DNA of 35,491 bases from NCBI GenBank assembly GCA_015486475.1, contig WFRO01000126.1, positions 1 through 35,491 on the forward strand, in the 5' to 3' direction. Each line of letters begins with the position of its first letter. Positions within the stretch are counted from its first letter, which is position 1. A program made the translations under genes and the position numbers. The stretch is from Bacteroidales bacterium (lineage in GTDB: Bacteria; Bacteroidota; Bacteroidia; Bacteroidales; VadinHA17). Below are positions 25,881-34,756 of this stretch, piece after piece. Under the pieces are notes generated by a model, which was not told where the DNA came from, did no database searches, and saw only the letters and a list, made by a program, of their open reading frames with translations.

Positions 25881-26807
25881 TTAAAAATATCGGGGGTTGA
25901 CAGCCTTTATGATATGTACCGGTTCAAAACGTATATAGATCTCGTGCGTCCCTCCCAGCATCGTTCCGTAGGCCCCCAGGGAATGATCGTACGAATAGCC
26001 GATCATCAGCTGGGGCATGACCTGCAACTCGATGATTCCTACTACCTGATCGGCGATGTTCTCCCCGCCCATGCGGTACGAAGCGCCCAGCCAGATACGG
26101 TCTTCAAAGAAAAGGAACATAGAGTTAAGATCGATCCGGAAATCCTTTTCCTGTCCAAAATATTGCAGCAGGACCGACGGTTTCCATTTCACCCCTCCCT
26201 TTCCGATCATCGCCCCTGAGGTCAGCATATACCGGTAATCAGCAGGGCTGAACGAACTACTCGTACCGGTGGAGGTGGTATCTGAGAGACCGTAGGTCAC
26301 CATTTGCGGCATGGAAAGGCCCACATAGAAACGGGGCGTATAATAATAGAGCCCAAACCCAAAGTTCGGCTGAAAGACCGAGTTGTTCACGAACACGGGA
26401 TCGGCAGGATCAAAATACAACTGGTTATAATTCTCTTTCTTCTGTTCTGCTGTCACCCTCAGCCCGAAGGACAGCACGGAATTCTTGCTCAACATGATAC
26501 GGTATGCATAATCGAACGATCCGTACAGGGACTGATAGGCGCCCACTTTCTGGTTCCCGATGATCCCTCCCAGGGCGATCCTGTCATTTTTCAGGGGAGA
26601 GTGGACGCTCAGCAGCTGATGGGTAGGAGCGCCGGGAAAAGAGGACCAGGTCTTGACATAACTGCCGGAGAGACTGAAGATATCCCGGCTGCCGGCATAG
26701 GCGGGATTGATCACCAGCCCGTTGACCATGTACTGGCTGTACTGCCCCCGCACAGGCAGCAGCGCCAGGACCATCAGAAATAATATGCCGGTAACTGTTT
26801 TTTTCAT
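25881..26807 (-). CDS. PorP/SprF-family type IX secretion system membrane protein
   Basis: 308 aa. The signal peptide is followed by the family hallmark QYSQYMVNGLVINPAYAG. The rest has a beta-barrel-like alternating pattern. The ATG overlaps the upstream adhesin stop (ATGA at 26804-26807). Confidence 0.9.
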   Translation of the reverse strand: MKKTVTGILFLMVLALLPVRGQYSQYMVNGLVINPAYAGSRDIFSLSGSYVKTWSSFPGAPTHQLLSVHSPLKNDRIALGGIIGNQKVGAYQSLYGSFDYAYRIMLSKNSVLSFGLRVTAEQKKENYNQLYFDPADPVFVNNSVFQPNFGFGLYYYTPRFYVGLSMPQMVTYGLSDTTSTGTSSSFSPADYRYMLTSGAMIGKGGVKWKPSVLLQYFGQEKDFRIDLNSMFLFFEDRIWLGASYRMGGENIADQVVGIIELQVMPQLMIGYSYDHSLGAYGTMLGGTHEIYIRFEPVHIIKAVNPRYF

Positions 26808-29800
26808 TTGGTTGGACTGCGTTTGATCACAATGAATCCTTTCAGGGTCTGCTGTATGTCGCCTTTCATCTCGAGGATGTAATAATAAGTGCCGTCGGCC
26901 AGGGGCTCGTCGTCATTGTTCACGCCGTTCCAGCCGTCGACGGTCTGTGCATTGTCGGCATGCATGAAGTTATCCGTCCGGAACACCACCGTACCATGCG
27001 CATCGAAGATCACCAGCGTATTGGCAACGTTCTCGGCACCAGGTACGACCATAAAGTCGTTGATGCCGTCGTTATTGGGTGAGATACCGTAATTATGGGC
27101 CCCGAAATCGGGCACCGTCACCTTCACCTCGTCATATTTCACCAGGCAGGTACCGTTGGCCACCTCCACGCGGAAGAGATTCTCTCCCACCGGCAGGGAC
27201 GAGACATGGATCATCTCACTGTTCACATTGTCTATGACCGCCGACGAGGTGGTCGACCAGGTGAGGGTCCCCACGCGGGGTTCCTGCCACACAGCCTGCA
27301 GGTCTACCTCGGAGGTGCCCGGCTCCAGGGTGGTGTCAGCGCCTGTCGTCACGTCGCCGGGTTCCTGCCAGAAGGTGAGATCAATGGCATCTGTGGCAGC
27401 GGGACATACTCCGTTGGTCACCTGCCAGGTGAGCTGGTACGACCCCTCCGTTGTGGCTGTGACGGTGGCCCGGGCATCAGTGGTATCGGAAAGGCTTAGT
27501 GAGGCAGGGACGGTCCACAATGTCTGACCAAAAGAGGGTGTAACCCCCTGCAGCGTATAGGTCAGCCCGCATACCTCGGCATCTTCTCCCGCATCGGCCA
27601 CAGGCATGCCGTCTGCCTGTACGAGCGCCTGTCCCGTCAGGGAGGCCGGCAGGGCTTTACATCCCTGCGCATCTGTCAGCGAGGTAAGCACATAAGTGTA
27701 TTGCTGCTGGGCCTGCTGTGTCTCCGGCGTGACCGTCACCCCCACAGGGGTGGTCACCGTGATATCGGCAGTGCCCTGCCCCCCCTGACCATCCTCATAC
27801 ACCAGAGACCAGGGACCGTTGGCCCCCGTGACCTGCACCGTCAGATCGACAGCGCTGCCCGAACAAACGGTCGTATCAAGCGCCGAAAGCAGGGCGGATG
27901 GCAAAGGATAGATCCCTATGTGTACGACATTGGCCGTATCACGGCAGGTGGCAGCAGGACCGCTCGTGACAACACGCCGGTAATAAACGGGGTTGCTTAA
28001 CGCCGGGGACTGGTAATCCTCGTCAGCGCTTGCCCCCGCAGCATCATTCCACACGCTCCCGTCGCTGCTCTCCTGCCACAGATAAACATAGCTGCCGTCG
28101 CCACCGGTGGGAACGGAAGCATCCACCAGCGTCGAATCGTTCTCGCAGACAGAATAGTCGGCCGGCAGCAGGTTGTTGCCCAGGGCCGGCAGCACCGTGA
28201 AGATGATCGTATCGCTCACCACACTGCACATGCCCGAAGTGACCTGCCGACGGAACAGCGTGGTAGCCGCCAGAGGCAAGGACTGGTAGCTCTCTGCCGT
28301 CCCTCCCGTAGATGCCCAGGAGGTGCCGTTATCATCACTGCTCTGCCAGTCATAAGCATAGGTGCCGTCACCGCCCGTGATCGCTCCCGCCGGCACCAGC
28401 CGGTTTACCGGCACGCCGGCACACACGGTCGTATCCCGTCCGCCGGAAAGGGTCTGAATGTCATAATTCCGTATCGCAGGATCCACCGTGATCTTCACCA
28501 TTGCCGAAGTGTCCCGGCAGACGTTCGAGGAGACCACCCGATGGTAATAGACCGTGTCTGCCAGCGCCGGCGGCGCATAGCCGATCTCCGTATGGGTGCC
28601 GGTGGCCGGCAAAAATGTCATCCCGTCGGGGCTCTCCTCCCAGGTATAGGCATAGGTGCCATCCCCGCCTCCCGGCGCATCGCCGGTGAGAGGTACCGGT
28701 ACCACGCCTTCACAGATGTGCTGGTCGGCAGCTATATTATTGTTGGTGATCGCCGGATACTGTGTCAGCAGCACACCGTTGCTGGTATCGGTACAGGTGT
28801 TGTTCAAACCCGAATAAACCACCCTCCGGAAATGCGCCTGCCCCGGGAAAAGCGAAGAGGCCGTATCCGGCTGATAGGTCGCACCGGTATTGGGCCCGTA
28901 GCCTCCGTTCCAGGTGCTCCCGTCCGGGGATTCGATCCAGACATAATTGTAAACGCCATCACCTCCCGTGGGAGGGGTGCCTGTCAGCTGTGCAAAGGTA
29001 TCCCCCTGACAGATGGTCTGGCCGGCCCCCACGGCGTTGTTGCCAATGACCGGTAACACTGTGATGGTAGTGGTATCACTGATGCTGGCACATTTGCCGG
29101 AAAAGACCATCCGCCGGTAATATACCGTATCGTTCAGCACGGGAGGCTGGAAAGAAGCCTGGTCGTTGATCCCTGTTGCCGGAGCAAAGCTGATGCCGTC
29201 GGTGCTCTCCTCCCAGACATAGGCATAGGTACCGTCGCCGCCGATGGGCGAGGCAAAGGCCGCATGGAGGGGCGGAGGCTGCTGCCCGGCACAGATCACC
29301 GTATCGAACTGCAGGCGGTTCTGTTGGATCTCCGGCTGCACGACAATGGTGAGCGCCTTGCTTACATCCGTGATGGTGGATGGGGAATTATCGGTGACGA
29401 TCCTGCGGTAATACGTCGTATCGAACAGGGCAACCCCCAGGTTCAGGTCTTTGCCCGTCTCGCCTGAAAGGGTCGACCAGTTCACCTTGTCCGTGCTCAT
29501 CTCCCACTGGAAGTTATAGCCGGGTATACCTCCTTTGGGATCGGAGCCCAGCAGACGGGGAACGATCTCCCCTTCGCAGATCGTATCGGCATATTCGCCG
29601 GTACGGCTGGAAAAGATGGAGTTAAAAAGGAAGCCGGTGAGTATGGTCTTCAGGTTTTGGGCTACATGCCCCAGATCGCCGGGCCCGCCGGAGTAAAGGA
29701 TCACGTCACATCCTCCGGATCCTGATCCGCCGCTGCCACCGCCTGTGAGGGTTGTCAGGTTGCCCGGCTGGCTGGCATGGCTGTCCCAGATGATGCCGCC

Positions 29801-31042
29801 GCCACCACCGCCACCAGGGCCGCTGCAGTCGGTACCGTTGGTACTACCGCCGCTGCCTCCCTGCACCGAGGCGGTTACACCGTTCTTAAAGGAATGCACT
29901 TCCAGCAGTATCATGCCTCCGGCGCCGCCCCCGCCTCCGGCAGCCGTAGCCATAGCCGTTACGCTCTCACCGTCGGCCCGTATGACATGCCCGTTGCCCG
30001 TGAGGGTGTCCGCCATGATGATCACCAGACCGCCGCCGCTGCCGCCGGCAGTAGCCGTCAGCCCTCCCGACTGGGTGCCGGAGCCACCGCCGCTGCCCAG
30101 GAATATGCGGTTGTCAGCAAACCAGGAGTTGATACCCGACTCCAGGTTCTGGCCCCCTTTGCCGGCCACATCCCCTGGCGTGGTACAGGAGGACGACTCA
30201 ATACCTCCATCGCCGCCGGAACCATAGAACGAGCCGCCGCCACCGCCGGAATGCTTGGCGTTGCCGCCACCGCCGGCAGTGAACAAACGTCCGCGTCCTT
30301 CGATATACTCCGGCGCCACCGGATGCCGCGGATCACCCGACAGCTTGACAAAAGAGGCGATCCCTTCTCCCTTGTAGCCGGCACTGTCGGAGGTGCCGTG
30401 AAAATAATAATTGCTGAAGGCAGTGTCGTTTTCCGAACAATCACCGTTGCCATCCACCATCTGCCCGCCGGCAAAACCTTTGCCTGAAACGTCAATGTCG
30501 GCATCGAAGGTGAGGGTGTTCCCCACCAGCAGGGCCACCACACCGCCGGTGCCGGCAGCGCTGTCCCAGGGAGGGCAGGTCACTTGTCCCGTGACCCTCG
30601 CATTGGAGTATCCCGGCACACGCACCAGCTGTACATAAGCATCCGGCTCATAACCGACAGATAGATCGGCGCTAAAAACGATCTGGTTACCAGGAAGAAC
30701 CGTATCAATGAGGATAAACTCGTATTTACCGGCCTGGTTGATATCGTCCACCAGCCCGAAACTACTGCTGTTACTGGGGTTGATGCTCACCCCTTTCATC
30801 TGGATGATCAGGGTGGTGTCCCTGGGATGGAAGGCGGAAGCATCGCTGACGGTGATCCTGTCGGTACCGTCAATGGAGAGGACTTTGGTATATTGGTTGA
30901 TCACCCCCGATATGTTCACCTGGGAATATCCCGTTACAACATACGAGAGCATGAGCACCACTATGACAAAAAGACGTCTCCTTTTCTCCACCTGCAAAGG
31001 TTTTGTAATAAGCAAAAATAATGAAATACTCCGTTCTACCAA
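26804..31042 (-). CDS. Giant cell-surface adhesin-like protein with T9SS type-B (gliding-motility-associated) C-terminal sorting domain
   Basis: 1412 aa as given in the ORF track (TTG start). GTG at 30991 is more likely the true start, giving MEKRRRLFVIVVLMLSYVVTGYSQ as the signal peptide. It contains a Gly-rich region (about residues 255-445), six ~90-aa Cys-containing Ig/SprB-like modules (about 485-1046) and further Ig-like domains. The C-terminus GISPNNDGINDFMVVPG...WNGVNNDDEPLADGTYYYILE matches the type-B CTD. Confidence 0.88.
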   Translation of the reverse strand: MVERSISLFLLITKPLQVEKRRRLFVIVVLMLSYVVTGYSQVNISGVINQYTKVLSIDGTDRITVSDASAFHPRDTTLIIQMKGVSINPSNSSSFGLVDDINQAGKYEFILIDTVLPGNQIVFSADLSVGYEPDAYVQLVRVPGYSNARVTGQVTCPPWDSAAGTGGVVALLVGNTLTFDADIDVSGKGFAGGQMVDGNGDCSENDTAFSNYYFHGTSDSAGYKGEGIASFVKLSGDPRHPVAPEYIEGRGRLFTAGGGGNAKHSGGGGGSFYGSGGDGGIESSSCTTPGDVAGKGGQNLESGINSWFADNRIFLGSGGGSGTQSGGLTATAGGSGGGLVIIMADTLTGNGHVIRADGESVTAMATAAGGGGGAGGMILLEVHSFKNGVTASVQGGSGGSTNGTDCSGPGGGGGGGIIWDSHASQPGNLTTLTGGGSGGSGSGGCDVILYSGGPGDLGHVAQNLKTILTGFLFNSIFSSRTGEYADTICEGEIVPRLLGSDPKGGIPGYNFQWEMSTDKVNWSTLSGETGKDLNLGVALFDTTYYRRIVTDNSPSTITDVSKALTIVVQPEIQQNRLQFDTVICAGQQPPPLHAAFASPIGGDGTYAYVWEESTDGISFAPATGINDQASFQPPVLNDTVYYRRMVFSGKCASISDTTTITVLPVIGNNAVGAGQTICQGDTFAQLTGTPPTGGDGVYNYVWIESPDGSTWNGGYGPNTGATYQPDTASSLFPGQAHFRRVVYSGLNNTCTDTSNGVLLTQYPAITNNNIAADQHICEGVVPVPLTGDAPGGGDGTYAYTWEESPDGMTFLPATGTHTEIGYAPPALADTVYYHRVVSSNVCRDTSAMVKITVDPAIRNYDIQTLSGGRDTTVCAGVPVNRLVPAGAITGGDGTYAYDWQSSDDNGTSWASTGGTAESYQSLPLAATTLFRRQVTSGMCSVVSDTIIFTVLPALGNNLLPADYSVCENDSTLVDASVPTGGDGSYVYLWQESSDGSVWNDAAGASADEDYQSPALSNPVYYRRVVTSGPAATCRDTANVVHIGIYPLPSALLSALDTTVCSGSAVDLTVQVTGANGPWSLVYEDGQGGQGTADITVTTPVGVTVTPETQQAQQQYTYVLTSLTDAQGCKALPASLTGQALVQADGMPVADAGEDAEVCGLTYTLQGVTPSFGQTLWTVPASLSLSDTTDARATVTATTEGSYQLTWQVTNGVCPAATDAIDLTFWQEPGDVTTGADTTLEPGTSEVDLQAVWQEPRVGTLTWSTTSSAVIDNVNSEMIHVSSLPVGENLFRVEVANGTCLVKYDEVKVTVPDFGAHNYGISPNNDGINDFMVVPGAENVANTLVIFDAHGTVVFRTDNFMHADNAQTVDGWNGVNNDDEPLADGTYYYILEMKGDIQQTLKGFIVIKRSPTK

Positions 31043-31060
31043 CGTCCTTTACCTGAAAAA

Positions 31061-34000
31061 TCAATCATGCCCCCGCATGTAGAGAAAAAGTTCCACCACA
31101 AAAGTGGTACCCTCCCCTTCTTTTGTCTCGTACCAGACCCGCCCGCCGGCATCTTCGACGATCTTTTTGACGATCGCCAGCCCCATGCCCATGCCGCTGG
31201 AACGGGTGGTGAAGTTGGGCTCAAAAAGCCGTTCGCCGATCTCTTCGGGGATGCCCTCACCGTTGTCCCGCACATACACCCGCACAACCTTCCCTCCCTC
31301 CGGGAAACGGAAGAACACCTCGATCCGGCCATCCTGTCTGCCGGCAATTGCCTGCGTGGCGTTCTTGATCAGGTTGGTAAAGACGCTCTCAAGCAGGTCC
31401 TTGTCAGCAAAGACCCACACCTCTTCCTTGTCCGGCAACTGCAGGTCGAAGGTGATATCATGCTGGGCCCGGAAAAGATAGATGATATCCTGCAACAGCT
31501 TCACCAGCCCTACCGGCTCGTTCTTCATCTTCGGCAGACGGGCAAAGTTGGAGAAAGCGGAGGCGATGGCTGAAAGACGGTCGATCTGCTCGATGAGCGT
31601 GCCGGTAAGCCTTTCGAACATCTCGTCAAAATCCTCTCTGTTCTCCTTACGGGCCCGCTGCAACTGCTGTACACTGAGCTTCATGGGGGTGAGCGGGTTC
31701 TTGATCTCGTGCGCCACCTGCTTGGCCATCTCCCGCCAGGCCGTCTCCCGCTCGGAACGGGCCAGCAATTCCACATTGCGGGCCAGCTCGTCGATCATCC
31801 TGTTGTAAGCATCCACCAGACTGCCGATCTCATCCTTTTCCTTGTACACGATATGCTCATAGTCCCTGCCCAGCCGGAAACGCCCGATCTTCTCGCGGAT
31901 GATGCCCAGCGGCGTGGTGATCTTGTCGGAGATGATCACCGCCAGAACGATGGTCAGCAGGATCAGCACCACCATGTAATTGATGATCCCCACGATCATG
32001 TTCGAGATCTCCCGTGTCAGCACATACTGCTTGGTAAAATACGGCAGGTTCAGGTAGGCGAGCAGATGCCCCTGGTTGTTCAGGAAAGGCATGTAGGCCG
32101 AGAGATATTCCAGATCACCCAGCGACTCTTTGTGGATGAACTCCGACTCCTGCAGCACCGACATGTGATAGAAAGCCTCCTCGTTCATCCTGTTGCCGGC
32201 CAGCTTTTCCTCAAAGACCTCGGGACGCGAGGTGGCCAGCAGGATCCCCGAAGGATCATAGAGGTTGATGTCCGAGTAAAAGACATTCGAGAATTTGACC
32301 AGCAGATCGTTCAGCGAAGGATACCCCGGCGAGCTCCACTCCCTGTCCAGCCTGCTCTCATAGCTCAGTTTGTGCTCCATCTCCACATACACGCTCAGGA
32401 TCTTCTCCGAGAGATTCTTGTAATGGTTGGTCCGGAACTGGCGCACGTTGTAAACGATCGAAAATGCGCCGATCAGCAGCAGGGTGAATAACAACAGCGA
32501 AATACTCAGCAACATGATCTTCTGTTTCAGGAGCACAGGCCGCAGGTGGATCCGCACCCTGAAAAGGCTGCGGCTGAACACGATCAGATACAACAGAAAA
32601 AAGAAGATGAAGAAATAGGAGAAAGAGACCAGGTAATCCCTGAAATGCCGTACAGGCAGGCTCAGCACCACCACCACGGGGCTGTTCTCATGGTAGATGA
32701 GATGGGAATAGCCGTTCTCCTGAAAAAAGGTGAAATCACCCTTGCAGCGACGGAGGAAAGAAGCATCGGTGAGGGGATAGGAATAAGGCCCGTTCTGGGC
32801 TACCAGGCGGCCCCCGTAATATTTGGCATAGGAATAGGGAGAGGGCATCATCTCCCGCGAGGTGGTCTCATCCAGCAGCAGTTCGGGATACCCCAACTGC
32901 TCATACAAAAGCCGTGAATCGAGTTGAATGTACAGACCGTTGGTGTCGCCCTCCACGGACGAAGGATAGTAGAAAGCTCCGAAATAGGTGATCTGGCCGT
33001 TCTGATAATCCAGATAAAAGAAGCTGCTGTCTCGCAGGGGGGTGCCTATTTCACGGGTAAGAAGGTGGAAAAAACCGGAGCAGGATTCCTCTTTTTCATC
33101 ATTGACCATGATCACATCCCGCGGATTGCACAGGTACACGGAGAGATCATACTTGTTCCAGTATCCTTTGAAATATTTCAGGGTAAGATAAGTCCGGACA
33201 TCATCCACGTCGCGGGAGGAGAAAGCGCTTTTCCGCATGATGTAGTGCAGCTCGGGATCCCTGCTGATCCTGTCACTGATATCGTCGATCATGAGCTCCG
33301 CCACGGGGTCGTGCTCGGCACCCAGGCTCACCGCCAGCACTTTCATATTCTCTTTCTCTTTCTCGAACGACTGATCCAGCACGAACCAGGCAGCAAAAAG
33401 CCCCGTAAAAAAAGCGGTCAGGATCAGCCCGGCATAAAGGGACCGCTGGCGCGACCAGAGCGCTATGACAAAAAGGATGAAAACGATCAGTCCGAGCCAT
33501 CGCACATGATATCCCAGCAGGAAACGGGACAGCGCAATAGAGAGCAGCGCCGCGGCCAGCATTACCCCCACCAGTTGTGCCGAGGGACGCCCCGCCACCT
33601 GCAGCACCTTGTCCGTGAGCAGCAGAAAAGACATCATCAGCATGCCCAGCGACAGAAAACCGGCCACCGACTGGGGGGTGACGTTCAGGATGCGGAAAGG
33701 CTCGAAACTGATGCTCGAGTTCATGATCAGATAATACATCACCTCCACCAGGGAAAGAAAAAAGAAAGAGGTAGCCAGCGATCCGCCGAACACCCTAAGC
33801 AGCGTGGTTCGTCTCTCTCCTTTTACCCGGTGCGGAACGATGAGCCAGTACAGATAACTCAGGGAAAAAGCGAACAGGGAGATGACAAAGAGGACCCCCA
33901 GCGAAGGGATCAGGTCGGAGATGGCAAAATAATAAGGTGAGAAAAGAGGCAGGGAGAAGACCGACCGCGGGAGCTCATACTTTATCATCAAAACGTATAT

Positions 34001-34753
34001 GCCCGCAAAAACCGCAAAAGCCAGCAGCAGGATCCATCCCCTGCCTTTCCTCCGCATCCGCACATACCGCACCATCCACAGGAAAAAGAAAATGAAGGCC
34101 GCCAGGTAGGAAATGGCCGAGAGAAGCCTCAGCAACAAAGGGTCGTTCACCGCCACCGGCTCCAGGCTGAAAAGGAATTCCCCCTCCACGGATTCCACGG
34201 GGAAACCGCTCTCCACCGGGACGGTGGAAAGCCGGTAAGTGTCCCCGATACCGGCCCCCCGGAAGAAACGGGGCTTCAGGTATTTGTTCTCATATTTGTA
34301 CTCCCGGCGTATCAGCTGGAACCCCCTGACCTTCACGGAATCTTTTCGTATGCTGCGTGTAACGTACCATCCATTGCCGGCATACACGAGCGCCGGCCGG
34401 GTCTCGTCGGGCCGGTCCGTTTTCTTAATGGAGACCGTATTGTTGCTCCAGTAAACCAGCGAATCCTTTACAAAAAGGAAAAGAGCGATCTGGTCTTTCG
34501 CCAGGACCTCCTGCTCTTTTGCGTCGAGCATCTCCAGGAAGCTGCCTCTTTTTTCTTCCGCCTTCCGCAGCAGGACCTCCATCATCTCCGTCATGGCGGT
34601 TTCCCGTTTTTTCACCTGATGCTGGAAATGCTCCAGCAACAGATGCTTGTGCATCCTTTTCACCTGGCGGCTCTCAAAGAACATCCCCCCCGCAAGGAAC
34701 AACAGTGCCAGCAGCAGCAAACGATAATGATATCTCGACCCGGATATTTTCAT
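31061..34753 (-). CDS. Large multi-pass sensor histidine kinase (NtrY-like H-box; three extracytoplasmic segments, HAMP, HisKA, HATPase_c)
   Basis: 1230 aa. The layout is TM1, a ~180-aa external segment, a cluster of about 7-8 TM helices, a ~215-aa segment, two TMs, a ~160-aa Cache-like segment (DINLYDPSGILLATS...LSAYMPF...YLNLPYF), a TM and HAMP. The H-box is AHEIKNPLTPM (His codon 31709-31711), the N-box is NLIKNATQA, G1 is VRDNGEGIP and G2 is GMGMGLAIV. Confidence 0.88.
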   Translation of the reverse strand: MKISGSRYHYRLLLLALLFLAGGMFFESRQVKRMHKHLLLEHFQHQVKKRETAMTEMMEVLLRKAEEKRGSFLEMLDAKEQEVLAKDQIALFLFVKDSLVYWSNNTVSIKKTDRPDETRPALVYAGNGWYVTRSIRKDSVKVRGFQLIRREYKYENKYLKPRFFRGAGIGDTYRLSTVPVESGFPVESVEGEFLFSLEPVAVNDPLLLRLLSAISYLAAFIFFFLWMVRYVRMRRKGRGWILLLAFAVFAGIYVLMIKYELPRSVFSLPLFSPYYFAISDLIPSLGVLFVISLFAFSLSYLYWLIVPHRVKGERRTTLLRVFGGSLATSFFFLSLVEVMYYLIMNSSISFEPFRILNVTPQSVAGFLSLGMLMMSFLLLTDKVLQVAGRPSAQLVGVMLAAALLSIALSRFLLGYHVRWLGLIVFILFVIALWSRQRSLYAGLILTAFFTGLFAAWFVLDQSFEKEKENMKVLAVSLGAEHDPVAELMIDDISDRISRDPELHYIMRKSAFSSRDVDDVRTYLTLKYFKGYWNKYDLSVYLCNPRDVIMVNDEKEESCSGFFHLLTREIGTPLRDSSFFYLDYQNGQITYFGAFYYPSSVEGDTNGLYIQLDSRLLYEQLGYPELLLDETTSREMMPSPYSYAKYYGGRLVAQNGPYSYPLTDASFLRRCKGDFTFFQENGYSHLIYHENSPVVVVLSLPVRHFRDYLVSFSYFFIFFFLLYLIVFSRSLFRVRIHLRPVLLKQKIMLLSISLLLFTLLLIGAFSIVYNVRQFRTNHYKNLSEKILSVYVEMEHKLSYESRLDREWSSPGYPSLNDLLVKFSNVFYSDINLYDPSGILLATSRPEVFEEKLAGNRMNEEAFYHMSVLQESEFIHKESLGDLEYLSAYMPFLNNQGHLLAYLNLPYFTKQYVLTREISNMIVGIINYMVVLILLTIVLAVIISDKITTPLGIIREKIGRFRLGRDYEHIVYKEKDEIGSLVDAYNRMIDELARNVELLARSERETAWREMAKQVAHEIKNPLTPMKLSVQQLQRARKENREDFDEMFERLTGTLIEQIDRLSAIASAFSNFARLPKMKNEPVGLVKLLQDIIYLFRAQHDITFDLQLPDKEEVWVFADKDLLESVFTNLIKNATQAIAGRQDGRIEVFFRFPEGGKVVRVYVRDNGEGIPEEIGERLFEPNFTTRSSGMGMGLAIVKKIVEDAGGRVWYETKEGEGTTFVVELFLYMRGHD

Positions 34754-34756
34754 GCC

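Noticed and set aside
29745-30487. Plus-strand ORFs rich in Pro/Ala (e.g. PPPPPPPGP...APPPPPAAVA)
   Set aside because: They are the reverse-complement reading of the GGN-rich glycine block of the adhesin gene. The adhesin frame is continuous for 1412 codons and carries a signal peptide and a CTD, so these ORFs are artefacts.
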